NCBI GenBank assembly: GCA_035480035.1
Contig: DATIID010000008.1
Span: forward strand, 9,721-73,720
DNA length: 64,000 nucleotides
Direction of reading: 5' to 3'
Source: Candidatus Saccharimonadales bacterium
GTDB taxonomy: Bacteria > Patescibacteriota > Saccharimonadia > Saccharimonadales > OMJO01
Part shown: one piece after another, positions 55,304 to 63,875 of the stretch
Layout of the letters: every line of letters begins with the position of its first letter
Numbering within the stretch: position 1 is the stretch's first letter
Program-made: the position numbers and the translations under genes
Notes under the pieces: model-generated
What the model was told of the DNA's origin: nothing
The model's database searches: none
Seen by the model: only the letters and a program-made list of their open reading frames with translations

Positions 55304-56626
55304 CTAGTTAACTAGAGTACGTGAACGAAGCGCTTGGTGGGCTTGTTCGATTTCATTCCATGGGTGTTCACCATCAGCATGTTCAATAGTTTTTTCGTGA
55401 CCCTTTCCCAATAATAACACCGTGTCGCCAGTTTTGGCACGGTTGATGGCAAATTGAATTGCTTGTGGTCGATCGTGAACCAAGAACAGGTCTTTGTCTT
55501 GGACTTTGCCGGATCTCTCTGCCCCGACGGTAATATCTTTCATAATGTCGGCTGGATTTTCTTGGCGATCGTCCTCTTCGCAAACAATCACTTCATCGGC
55601 GTATTTGCCCGCAATTTCACCCTGCAAGGGTCGCTTGGTTATATCGCCACCACCTAGACTGCCAAAAAGCGCAATAATTTTACCTGTGGTCATCGGTTTC
55701 ATATCTTTAAATAACTTCTCAAAACTGTCAGGAGTGTGGGCATAGTCAACTATCACTTTGAAATCCTGACCTTCGTCAATTGGTGTCATCCGGCCTTCCA
55801 CTTCTTTTAAGCTCGCAATGCCCTGCTCAATTTGGTGGCGGCTAAGGCCAATTACCACACCAACAGCAGCGGCAGCCAAAGAGTTTTCGATATTGAAACT
55901 ACCGGGCAAATTGCACTTAATTCGGAGCTCTTGCGGTTCCGCCTTGGGTTGTACCAACATCGCCCGATATTCACTGCCAGTCGGTGTTTGATGAATATCA
56001 GTGGCTCTTAAATCACCACTGTTAATTCCGTAAGTAATGGCTCTCTCAATATCGTTTTTGAATAGTCCAGCACTGGGATCATCGGCGTTAATCACACCAA
56101 CGCGTAAGCCATTACGGTTTTTGTTAGCCAGCTTGAATAATTTACGCTTGGCATCGCGATATTTCTCAAAAGTACCGTGATAGGCGATATGTTCGTGCGT
56201 AACATTGGTCATGACCGCGACGGAAAATGGCACGCCCCAGGTGCGGTGCTGGGCTAAGCCTTGAGAGGTTGTTTCCAAAACTACCCAGTCGACCCCCTGC
56301 TCTTTCATCCACTTCAAACGCCGCATCAGTTCGGGCATCGGCTGACTGGTCATGTGGTGCACTTGCTGATGAATGTCCTCGTTAACACCGTAGGCAACCG
56401 TGGTCATCAAGCCGCTTTTAAGCCCAGCTGACCTGAGCATCTGATGAATCATAAAACAAGTTGAGGTTTTGCCGTTGGTGCCAGTAACACCAATAACTTT
56501 TAAGCCCTTGCCCGGGAAACCGCTGATGGCATTGTACAAAATCCCCTCACCCATGTGACCATATGGCTCAATCACCGGAAAAACACTTTTGGGAATAACT
56601 TTTTTAACGACTGTTCTGACGCCCAT
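55304..56626 (-). CDS. murE: UDP-N-acetylmuramoyl-L-alanyl-D-glutamate--diamino-acid ligase (MurE)
   Basis: GVTGTNGKTST P-loop and the Mur ligase middle and C-terminal domains. The canonical DNPR motif is replaced by EDDRQENP, so substrate specificity is unclear. I prefer the ATG at 56626. The ORF-track start at 56719 would overlap tsaD. Confidence 0.88.
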   Translation of the reverse strand: MGVRTVVKKVIPKSVFPVIEPYGHMGEGILYNAISGFPGKGLKVIGVTGTNGKTSTCFMIHQMLRSAGLKSGLMTTVAYGVNEDIHQQVHHMTSQPMPELMRRLKWMKEQGVDWVVLETTSQGLAQHRTWGVPFSVAVMTNVTHEHIAYHGTFEKYRDAKRKLFKLANKNRNGLRVGVINADDPSAGLFKNDIERAITYGINSGDLRATDIHQTPTGSEYRAMLVQPKAEPQELRIKCNLPGSFNIENSLAAAAVGVVIGLSRHQIEQGIASLKEVEGRMTPIDEGQDFKVIVDYAHTPDSFEKLFKDMKPMTTGKIIALFGSLGGGDITKRPLQGEIAGKYADEVIVCEEDDRQENPADIMKDITVGAERSGKVQDKDLFLVHDRPQAIQFAINRAKTGDTVLLLGKGHEKTIEHADGEHPWNEIEQAHQALRSRTLVN

Positions 56627-56638
56627 ATCTAGAGATAC

Positions 56639-56646
56639 AGTATACT
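56639..56646. promoter_or_regulatory. palindromic AGTATACT giving a TATACT -10 box on both strands in the 27-bp murE/tsaD spacer
   Basis: Plus-strand TATACT at 56641..56646 lies 7 nt from the tsaD GTG at 56654. Minus-strand TATACT at 56644..56639 lies 12 nt from the murE ATG at 56626. Confidence 0.4.
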
Positions 56647-56653
56647 TGGTTTT

Positions 56654-57715
56654 GTGAAAATATTGGGAATTGAAACTAGTTGTGATGAAACTGCTGCCGC
56701 TGTGATTGAAGACGGCCACAAATTACTATCCAATGTTGTGGCCAGTTCAATGGATTTGCACGCCATTTACGGTGGTGTAGTGCCGGAAATTGCGGCGCGT
56801 AGTCATATTGAATCAATCATGCCGGTTATTGAAGAAGCTCTCCAAACTGCCAAATGCCAGTGGTCAGACATTGATGGGATTGCCGTCACTCAAGGTGCTG
56901 GATTAGGTGGTTCCCTGTTAATTGGCGTTTTAACGGCTCGAACTCTAGCCATTATCAAAAATAAGCCGCTTTACGCTATCAACCACGTTGAGGGTCACCT
57001 CTACGCTAACTTCTTAACCAAAACGGCTCTAAAGGGCTATAAATTGCCAACGGACGCACCGAAATTCCCCCTGCTTGGCCTAATTGTTAGCGGTGGTCAT
57101 AGCCAACTGGCTTATTTCAGAAACCACTTTGACTATGATCTGCTCGGGCAAACTGGCGACGATGCAATCGGTGAAGCTTTTGATAAGGTCGCTAAAATTC
57201 TGGGCCTGCCCTACCCTGGCGGCCCAAGCATCGGCCAAAAAGCCCTCGATGGTAATCCTCATAAATATCTGTTGCCAAAAGCCAAGATGACCGAAAAGTA
57301 CGACTTCAGCTTTAGTGGCTTAAAAACCGCTGTTTTAAGGCTGGCTCAAGCCGAATGCGGCAAATCATATGATTTCCCCTCGTCTAAGCTATCTGATCTG
57401 TTATCTGAGGCTCAGAAAGCCGACATTGCGGCTAGCTTTCAATACACTGCAATTGAAACGGTAGTTGATAAAACTGTTAAAGCTTTTGAAGAATTTAAAC
57501 CTAAAAGTGTCATCATCGGCGGCGGCGTAGCTAGTAGCCCAGAATTACGTCGTCAATTATCGCTTCGACTCTCCTTGCCTATCAGTTACACTGACCCCAA
57601 ACTGTGCACTGACAACGGTGCCATGATCGCCACTCTTGGCTGTTTTAAAATGAAACTCAAACAACCCACAGCCGACCCTCACAAACTCGATATCGCTCCT
57701 AACCTATCTATGTAA
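56654..57715 (+). CDS. tsaD: tRNA N6-adenosine threonylcarbamoyltransferase
   Basis: KILGIETSCDETAAAV N-terminus, HVEGHL, SGGHS. GTG start. Confidence 0.95.
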   Translation: MKILGIETSCDETAAAVIEDGHKLLSNVVASSMDLHAIYGGVVPEIAARSHIESIMPVIEEALQTAKCQWSDIDGIAVTQGAGLGGSLLIGVLTARTLAIIKNKPLYAINHVEGHLYANFLTKTALKGYKLPTDAPKFPLLGLIVSGGHSQLAYFRNHFDYDLLGQTGDDAIGEAFDKVAKILGLPYPGGPSIGQKALDGNPHKYLLPKAKMTEKYDFSFSGLKTAVLRLAQAECGKSYDFPSSKLSDLLSEAQKADIAASFQYTAIETVVDKTVKAFEEFKPKSVIIGGGVASSPELRRQLSLRLSLPISYTDPKLCTDNGAMIATLGCFKMKLKQPTADPHKLDIAPNLSM

Positions 57716-57851
57716 TGTTTACTACTATTGTCAATATTGACCTCTGTTGTATCTCTGTTATGCTTATAGGGTAACACAAACATTGGGCAACATATCCGGC
57801 GGGACGGATCGTACTTCCAAACAAAAGTGTCAGTAACAGGGAAGCGCAGAG

Positions 57852-57889
57852 GGTTTTCACACGAAAACCTTGTGTGTTTTTGTGTTTTT
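57852..57889 (+). terminator. hairpin GGTTTTC-ACAC-GAAAACC followed by a T-rich tract (terminator of tsaD or of an sRNA, or an attenuator of valS)
   Basis: 7-bp stem at 57852..57869, followed by TTGTGTGTTTTTGTGTTTTT. Confidence 0.5.
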
Positions 57890-57967
57890 CATGTGAAAAG
57901 AGAACAGATTAGAATTCAAGCCTCAAAGGTGATATGCTGGGGCTATTGTTGAGGCAATATAACAGAT

Positions 57968-60526
57968 ATGAAGTTACCTAAAGTTTATCAATCAGAACAA
58001 TACGAGTCAGACATTTACAAGAAGTGGGAAGAATCCGGTGCTTTTGAGCCAACTAACAGAGGCAACGATGGCATCTACAGTATTGTCATGCCACCGCCGA
58101 ACGCTAATGGCGACCTGCATATTGGCTATGAATTAACAGCTGCGTTAGAAGATATTGCCATTCGCTATCACCGGATGAAAGGCGAGAAAACACTACTAAT
58201 ACCTGGAGCCGATCATGCTGGTTTTGAAACTCAGGTAGTGTACGAAAAACATTTGGCCAAGCAGGGCAAAAGCCGGTTTGATTACAGTAGGGAAGAGCTA
58301 TACCAGCAAATTTGGGATTTCGTGGCCAAAAACAGAGGTAATTTTGAATCACAGATGCGTAAAATGGGTGTCAGCTCGGATTGGTCACGCTTCACCTTCA
58401 CGCTTGATGAAAAGATCATTAAAACGGCCTATAGAACATTCAAGAAAATGTGGGATGAGGATTTAATCTACAGAGGCGAACGGTTAGTCAACTTCTGCAC
58501 ATTTCATGGCACCTCTTTCTCAGATATTGAGGTGGTTTACCGCGAAGTTGCTGGCCATCTTTGGTACATTAAATATCCGCTAACTGATGGCAGCGGTCAC
58601 CTTGCAGTTGCCACTACCAGGCCGGAAACCATGCTTGGCGACACGGCGGTAGCTGTTAATCCCAAGGACGTACGTTATACCAAATTTGTTGGCAAAACTA
58701 TCAAACTACCCCTGACACACCGCGAAATTCCGATTATTGCTGACGAGTTTGTGGACAAAGATTTTGGCACTGGCGCTGTAAAAGTCACACCGGCTCACGA
58801 CCCGAACGATTATGACATGGGCATGCGCCATGACTTGCCGTTTATTTCCGTAATCGATTACGAAGGCAAGATGACGGCCCATGTACCGGAAGTCTACCGC
58901 GGTTTAGATGTTAAAGAGGCCCGGCATAAAGTTGTCGAAGACTTGAAAGAGCAGGGCTTTTTGGAGAAAGTTGAAGACCATCAGCACAGCGTTGGCCACT
59001 GTTACAAGTGCGATACGGTGATTGAACCACTACTTAAAGATCAGTGGTTTGTCAGCATGAAACCGCTGGCCGAACAGGCTATCAAAGCATTGAAAGCCGA
59101 CAAAATTGAATTTTATCCCAGGACCAAGCTTCAACAATCAATTACATACCTAGAACAAATCCGCGACTGGAATATAAGCCGTCAAATCGCTTGGGGTATC
59201 CCAATTCCAGCTTTTCAAAATGTCGATAACCCCGACGATTGGATTTACGACGAACGGGTTGACCAAGAAACAATTGAAGTCGATGGCAAGACTTACCGCC
59301 GTGATCCCGACGTGTTTGATACTTGGTTTAGTAGTGGTTCCTGGCCCTATTCGACGCTCGACTTTCCAGACGGCACTGACTTCAAAGAATTTTACCCGCT
59401 GAGCCTCATGGAAACTGGCGGTGAAATTTTGTATCAGTGGGTCTGCCGCATGATTATGCTGGGTCTATATAACACTGGTGATGTACCATTTAAAGCAGTT
59501 TATATTCATGGCTATGTCATGGCTGAAGACGGCTCCAAAATGAGCAAGTCGATCGGCAATGTCGTTGATCCAATGCCAGTGATTGAACAATACGGCTCGG
59601 ACGCTTTGCGCATGGGTATTGTTGCCGGACGCTCAGCGGCAGTGAACCGCGGTTATGATTCGCGAAAGGTTGAAGAAGCCCGCAATTTCGCCAACAAGTT
59701 GTGGAACATAGCGCGTTTTATTGAAGGCAAAGTCGACAATTTAAAATTCGGCATAGAACCACAACCTAAAACGATTGCTGATGACTGGATATTGCATAAA
59801 TTACAACAATTAACAGAGGTGGTGGGTGAATATTTAGACAGTTATCGGTTTGCTGAAGCTTACAAGGTTTTGTACCACACGGTTTGGGATGATTTAGCTG
59901 ACTGGTACATTGAAGCTTCTAAAACCAAGACTAATAGCAGTATTATAGCTTTTGCTTTAGAGACGGTTTTGAAAGTCGCTCATCCATTTGCACCATTTGT
60001 AACTGAAACAATTTGGCAACAACTTGGCGGCGATAGTTTGTTGATAGTTAGTCCTTGGCCAAAAGTTGAGTTCGTCAAGTCAGCTGGGGTTAAAGATTTT
60101 GAAGAGGTTAAAACTATTGTTGAAGAAATTCGTTATATCACAACTAGCATGAAACTAGCTGGTGTCAGCCTGCATTACAATGATGAGCAGTTTATCGCTG
60201 ACAATGCAGATCTTATAAAATTATTGGCCAATTTAAAGAGTGTAACAGAGGTAAAAGAGGGTAGGGGGTTAAACTTAACCAGCACTTCGCACAGTGTTTG
60301 GCTGGACATTGATGAGCAAACGGCTAAAGCTTTCGTGGCCCAACTTGCCGATAAAAAAGCCGAGCAGGGCAGGGTGGTTAAAATGCTCGAGGACAGACTC
60401 AAGAATAACAGCTATGTCCAAAACGCACCCAAAAATATTGTTGATCAAACCAAAGCCCAGCTAAAAGAAGCTGAGGAGTTATTAGCCAAAATCAGTGCCG
60501 AGCACGAGCGCTTCGCTAAGCACTAA
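57968..60526 (+). CDS. valS: valine--tRNA ligase
   Basis: PPPNANGDLHIGY (HIGH) and KMSKSIGN (KMSKS), editing domain, C-terminal coiled coil. Confidence 0.97.
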   Translation: MKLPKVYQSEQYESDIYKKWEESGAFEPTNRGNDGIYSIVMPPPNANGDLHIGYELTAALEDIAIRYHRMKGEKTLLIPGADHAGFETQVVYEKHLAKQGKSRFDYSREELYQQIWDFVAKNRGNFESQMRKMGVSSDWSRFTFTLDEKIIKTAYRTFKKMWDEDLIYRGERLVNFCTFHGTSFSDIEVVYREVAGHLWYIKYPLTDGSGHLAVATTRPETMLGDTAVAVNPKDVRYTKFVGKTIKLPLTHREIPIIADEFVDKDFGTGAVKVTPAHDPNDYDMGMRHDLPFISVIDYEGKMTAHVPEVYRGLDVKEARHKVVEDLKEQGFLEKVEDHQHSVGHCYKCDTVIEPLLKDQWFVSMKPLAEQAIKALKADKIEFYPRTKLQQSITYLEQIRDWNISRQIAWGIPIPAFQNVDNPDDWIYDERVDQETIEVDGKTYRRDPDVFDTWFSSGSWPYSTLDFPDGTDFKEFYPLSLMETGGEILYQWVCRMIMLGLYNTGDVPFKAVYIHGYVMAEDGSKMSKSIGNVVDPMPVIEQYGSDALRMGIVAGRSAAVNRGYDSRKVEEARNFANKLWNIARFIEGKVDNLKFGIEPQPKTIADDWILHKLQQLTEVVGEYLDSYRFAEAYKVLYHTVWDDLADWYIEASKTKTNSSIIAFALETVLKVAHPFAPFVTETIWQQLGGDSLLIVSPWPKVEFVKSAGVKDFEEVKTIVEEIRYITTSMKLAGVSLHYNDEQFIADNADLIKLLANLKSVTEVKEGRGLNLTSTSHSVWLDIDEQTAKAFVAQLADKKAEQGRVVKMLEDRLKNNSYVQNAPKNIVDQTKAQLKEAEELLAKISAEHERFAKH

Positions 60527-61374
60527 TCTTCTAGCTCTAACGCGCTACGGACCCGATCAGTTGATTCACCTACCCGATAATCATCAAACCATAGCACGTG
60601 CCAGCCCATTTTTTCAGCAGCCATTAAATTAGCCCGCGAATCGTCAACCAGCAAGATTTCGTCTGCCGGAACACCGGCCTTTTTCTGGGCAATTTCATAG
60701 ATTTCTGGCTCCGGTTTAATGGCTCCTACCTCTGAGGAATCAACAATTACGGTGTAGCTCACGTTTGGTAATTTCTCTCGGGCAAACAAGGCACTTATGA
60801 AGCCGGGCATAATGTTGCTTAACAGGCCAACATGGTAATTTTCGGCCGCCCAAGCTACCAAAGGCTGCATTTCATCAATGGCATCGACAGCATCCAGGTA
60901 ATAGGCCTGCCAATCAATGGTTTTGATACCCAATCGCTCGGCGAAAGCCTTATCAAATTCATCAACACTCATTTTGCCACGGCAAACCGCGTCGTTGTTG
61001 TGCCAAAAAGTTGATTCAATCACGTCAGCCGGGGCGCCAGTATCTTCGGCCAATCTGGTAAAAGCTCGGTGGAAAAAGCGTACCAAACAGCCATTGATAT
61101 CAAAATAGATGAAGCGAATGCCGCTTTTAGAGCGCTTTTTGAGTGAGCTGGCAGAATTAGTCGGTTCGCCCATTAACTCGCTTAGACTCACCCCTAAAGC
61201 GCTGGCGATACTTTGAATTGTAAAAATAGACGGTGATTTAATGGCGCCACGTTCAATCTTGGCCAAAGTTGAGTAGCTGAGACCAGCCTTTTGACAGAGC
61301 TGCTGCTGAGTTAAGCCAGCCTTTTTTCGGGCATTTTGTAGACCACGACCTAAACTGACTTCGTCTATACTCAT
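60523..61374 (-). CDS. fusion protein: XRE-family HTH domain plus HAD-superfamily hydrolase domain
   Basis: N-terminal LTQQQLCQKAGLSYSTLAKIERG (HTH_3), then the HAD motifs FDINGCL, LLSN, KPEPEIY and LVDDS. I prefer the ATG at 61374. The ORF track starts at the TTG at 61410. Confidence 0.75.
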   Translation of the reverse strand: MSIDEVSLGRGLQNARKKAGLTQQQLCQKAGLSYSTLAKIERGAIKSPSIFTIQSIASALGVSLSELMGEPTNSASSLKKRSKSGIRFIYFDINGCLVRFFHRAFTRLAEDTGAPADVIESTFWHNNDAVCRGKMSVDEFDKAFAERLGIKTIDWQAYYLDAVDAIDEMQPLVAWAAENYHVGLLSNIMPGFISALFAREKLPNVSYTVIVDSSEVGAIKPEPEIYEIAQKKAGVPADEILLVDDSRANLMAAEKMGWHVLWFDDYRVGESTDRVRSALELED

Positions 61375-61454
61375 TAACCCTATGATACTAATTAAACAGG
61401 TTAAATCCAAGCAAAACTAGCACTAAACGGCTAGTTTGGTTATTTTGGTTTTGC

Positions 61455-61649
61455 TTATTTATTCCACCACTCAGGCAGCAGGGCTAGGATGCCAAGGATC
61501 AATAGGTAGCAAACAACGAACGAAACCCCAGCAATGGTACCGGCAGTTCTAACATCTGATGATGTTGAACGCATCATTTTGGTGTACATCCATGTAGAAA
61601 AGCCAAAGCTTATAATCCCGCCGATTGTTAAATTCTGACTGCTAAACAT
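61455..61649 (-). CDS. small two-TM membrane protein (64 aa)
   Basis: TATGAT at 61661..61656 lies 6 nt upstream of the ATG at 61649. Two hydrophobic helices. Confidence 0.5.
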   Translation of the reverse strand: MFSSQNLTIGGIISFGFSTWMYTKMMRSTSSDVRTAGTIAGVSFVVCYLLILGILALLPEWWNK

Positions 61650-61672
61650 AAGCTCATCATAACATTAAGTGG

Positions 61673-62065
61673 CTAAAATGCTAATCGTTTGGCAATCTCG
61701 GCCAGAGCAGGGTGATCCGGTTCGGCCGTCATATCAACAATCGTTCGGTATTGTTGAAGTGTATCGAAGGGAAAAACGTGAATATGAGCATGTGGCACAT
61801 CGAGTCCAATCACATGAATACCAACTCGTTTGCGACCAAGAACGGCTTTTTGGCGCTTCGCAACCTTTTGAACAGCTGCCCAAACTGCGACATAGTCTTC
61901 ATCTTTTAGATCTTGAAATTCATCAACTTGAGCTTTGGGCACCACTAAAACGTGGCCGGGTTGGATCGGATGAATATCTAGGAAGGCGATGGTCTTATCG
62001 TCTTCATAAACTTTGTGAGCTGGAATTTCACCTTTGATAATCTTAGTGAACACGCTATCTTCCAT
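61673..62065 (-). CDS. HIT-family (histidine triad) nucleotide hydrolase
   Basis: FTKIIKGEIP...VPHAHIHVFP (HxHxHxx). Confidence 0.9.
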   Translation of the reverse strand: MEDSVFTKIIKGEIPAHKVYEDDKTIAFLDIHPIQPGHVLVVPKAQVDEFQDLKDEDYVAVWAAVQKVAKRQKAVLGRKRVGIHVIGLDVPHAHIHVFPFDTLQQYRTIVDMTAEPDHPALAEIAKRLAF

Positions 62066-62131
62066 AATTTTAGTCTGTCATTCGATTAAATTTGTTGCAA
62101 GTTTTTGCAGGCCATGCTTTACAATACGCTT

Positions 62132-63244
62132 ATGCACATTCTGCGCAAAATTACGCTCTGGTTTACTAGTGCAGTTTTTCGCTTCTTCCTCCTGACGACT
62201 GCCATTGTCGGCACGATAGTTATGTTATTTGGGACACCTATTCACATCAAACAAATCCTTAAAGATAACGATGTTTACAGTAACTTCGTTGACGGCATTA
62301 TCGCTGATGCTCGCAAAAGCCCAGACGCCAAATCAAACGATTCGTTCCCAATCAACGACCCAGTGTTCCAAAAAGCCATCAAAAGTTCATTTACACCGGA
62401 GTTTTTGCAAACCAGTACCGAAAATGTAGTCGATGGCACTTACCATTGGCTAAACGGCAAGACAGCCGAGCCGGACTTTAGGATCGATGTTTCTGGGCCA
62501 AAGAAGAAATTTGCCAATGCAATTGGTGATTATGCAGTTACGAAATTAAGTGCTTTGCCTATTTGCAATCGGCAACAGCTGCGCCAACTACAGTTGGCCG
62601 GCGGTACAATTGATCCCTTTAGCGCAACTTGCCGCCCGCCCGGTTTTAATGTAGCTGACCAGAAAGCCAAAGTAGTAAGTAAAATCCTGAGCGACAAAGA
62701 TTTCCTAAATAAAAGTGTCATTACAGCTAATTCTCTGAAGAAAGATCAGGGTGACCAGAACTTTTTCGAAGACAAAAGAATTATTCCAAAAGTATACGGT
62801 TGGATAAATATTTCGCCATTTATCATGGGTGTAATCTTGTTACTGCTGGCTACGGCTATTGTATTTCTTCACGAAACCAAGCGAAAGGGTTTACGAAGTG
62901 TGGGCCTTCGGTTAACTGAAACCGGGGTATTTCTAGGAGTTGTCGGCTTAATAACAGCAATTCTTTACCGAAATGCCAGCAAACCGGATGGTCCAATTGG
63001 CAAAGCAATTGGTAGTAACAGTTTCCAGCAAACGATTTCTAAAGTATTGACTGCTTTTGTACAGCTATTCAACGCTCGACTGGTAGTCTTTGGCCTAATA
63101 TATATCGTCATCGGTTCAATTATTTTGGTTTATCTGTATCTTAGTCGAGATAAAAATCCGACAGCATCAAAACCAACATCTACTTCTAAGCCACCAACTC
63201 CACCACTAACATCAACTAAACCGACCAAGGTTAAAGTTCAATAA
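62132..63244 (+). CDS. membrane protein, unknown function (ORF track starts at the TTG at 62105)
   Basis: An N-terminal TM helix, a large loop and three C-terminal TM helices, with a Pro/Thr/Lys-rich tail. TACAAT at 62120..62125 lies 6 nt upstream of the ATG at 62132. Confidence 0.6.
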   Translation: MHILRKITLWFTSAVFRFFLLTTAIVGTIVMLFGTPIHIKQILKDNDVYSNFVDGIIADARKSPDAKSNDSFPINDPVFQKAIKSSFTPEFLQTSTENVVDGTYHWLNGKTAEPDFRIDVSGPKKKFANAIGDYAVTKLSALPICNRQQLRQLQLAGGTIDPFSATCRPPGFNVADQKAKVVSKILSDKDFLNKSVITANSLKKDQGDQNFFEDKRIIPKVYGWINISPFIMGVILLLLATAIVFLHETKRKGLRSVGLRLTETGVFLGVVGLITAILYRNASKPDGPIGKAIGSNSFQQTISKVLTAFVQLFNARLVVFGLIYIVIGSIILVYLYLSRDKNPTASKPTSTSKPPTPPLTSTKPTKVKVQ

Positions 63245-63624
63245 TTTGGCCGGGGCAAGCGTTTGTAGCCAAATCTTTGCTTGCTCCGACGACGACTAGA
63301 GGCACCAGCGTTTAGGCGAAGAGCTCTAGCGAGCGCTTCTGATTCACGAATGCTGACTCCTTCTTCATCGAGTGGTCGGCTGACTACCGCACGTTTGTCT
63401 ACTTTATCTGACTTGTCTACATCATCTGTTAGAGCAATTTTCCCTATGATAATAATTGACTCGTCAGCGTCAAATGCTTCTGCATCAACGATTTCTGATA
63501 GTTCGCGCTGATGTTCAAGTGCTTCGACTTCAGGCATAATTTCATCATATAAATCGGCAGGCACTGCTTCACCAGGAAACCTAATTTCAATGCCATTAGT
63601 AAACTGTGGACCTTGTTCGGCCAT
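63238..63624 (-). CDS. hypothetical acidic protein with a basic C-terminus (128 aa)
   Basis: AAGGAG Shine-Dalgarno 9 nt upstream. No recognised family. Confidence 0.55.
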   Translation of the reverse strand: MAEQGPQFTNGIEIRFPGEAVPADLYDEIMPEVEALEHQRELSEIVDAEAFDADESIIIIGKIALTDDVDKSDKVDKRAVVSRPLDEEGVSIRESEALARALRLNAGASSRRRSKQRFGYKRLPRPNY

Positions 63625-63688
63625 AATATAAATCTCCTTACTTGAACGGATTATAACAAACGAGAAATGCTTACGTTTTCAGAATAAT

Positions 63689-63778
<90 letters not shown>

Positions 63779-63832
63779 GCATAACGGTTTTTAGTTTACA
63801 GCTTGCCCTGTTATTCCCCAAGAAAAAAACTC

Positions 63833-63861
63833 TTGACGTAGTATACATCCTGTAGTATACT
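63833..63861 (+). promoter_or_regulatory. TTGACG-N17-TATACT promoter containing a 9-bp direct repeat GTAGTATAC
   Basis: TTGACG at 63833..63838 and TATACT at 63856..63861. GTAGTATAC occurs at 63838..63846 and 63852..63860. A second TATAAT lies at 63867..63872. Confidence 0.45.
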
Positions 63862-63875
63862 GCGGGTATAATACT

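Noticed and set aside
57716-57967. A T-box riboswitch, SRP (4.5S) RNA or 6S RNA in the tsaD-valS spacer.
   Set aside because: I looked for the T-box core (GGTGGTACCGCG-like) and for the SRP domain IV signature (GGAAGGAAGCAGC with a GNRA loop) and found only weak partial resemblances (aGGTGaTAtGC; cagGGAAGCgCAG). There is no convincing specifier loop. The region is kept only as an unclassified structured RNA candidate.
61669-62037. A 122-aa plus-strand ORF antisense to the HIT gene.
   Set aside because: The minus-strand product has an unambiguous HIT motif (HAHIHVFP). The plus-strand product has no features.
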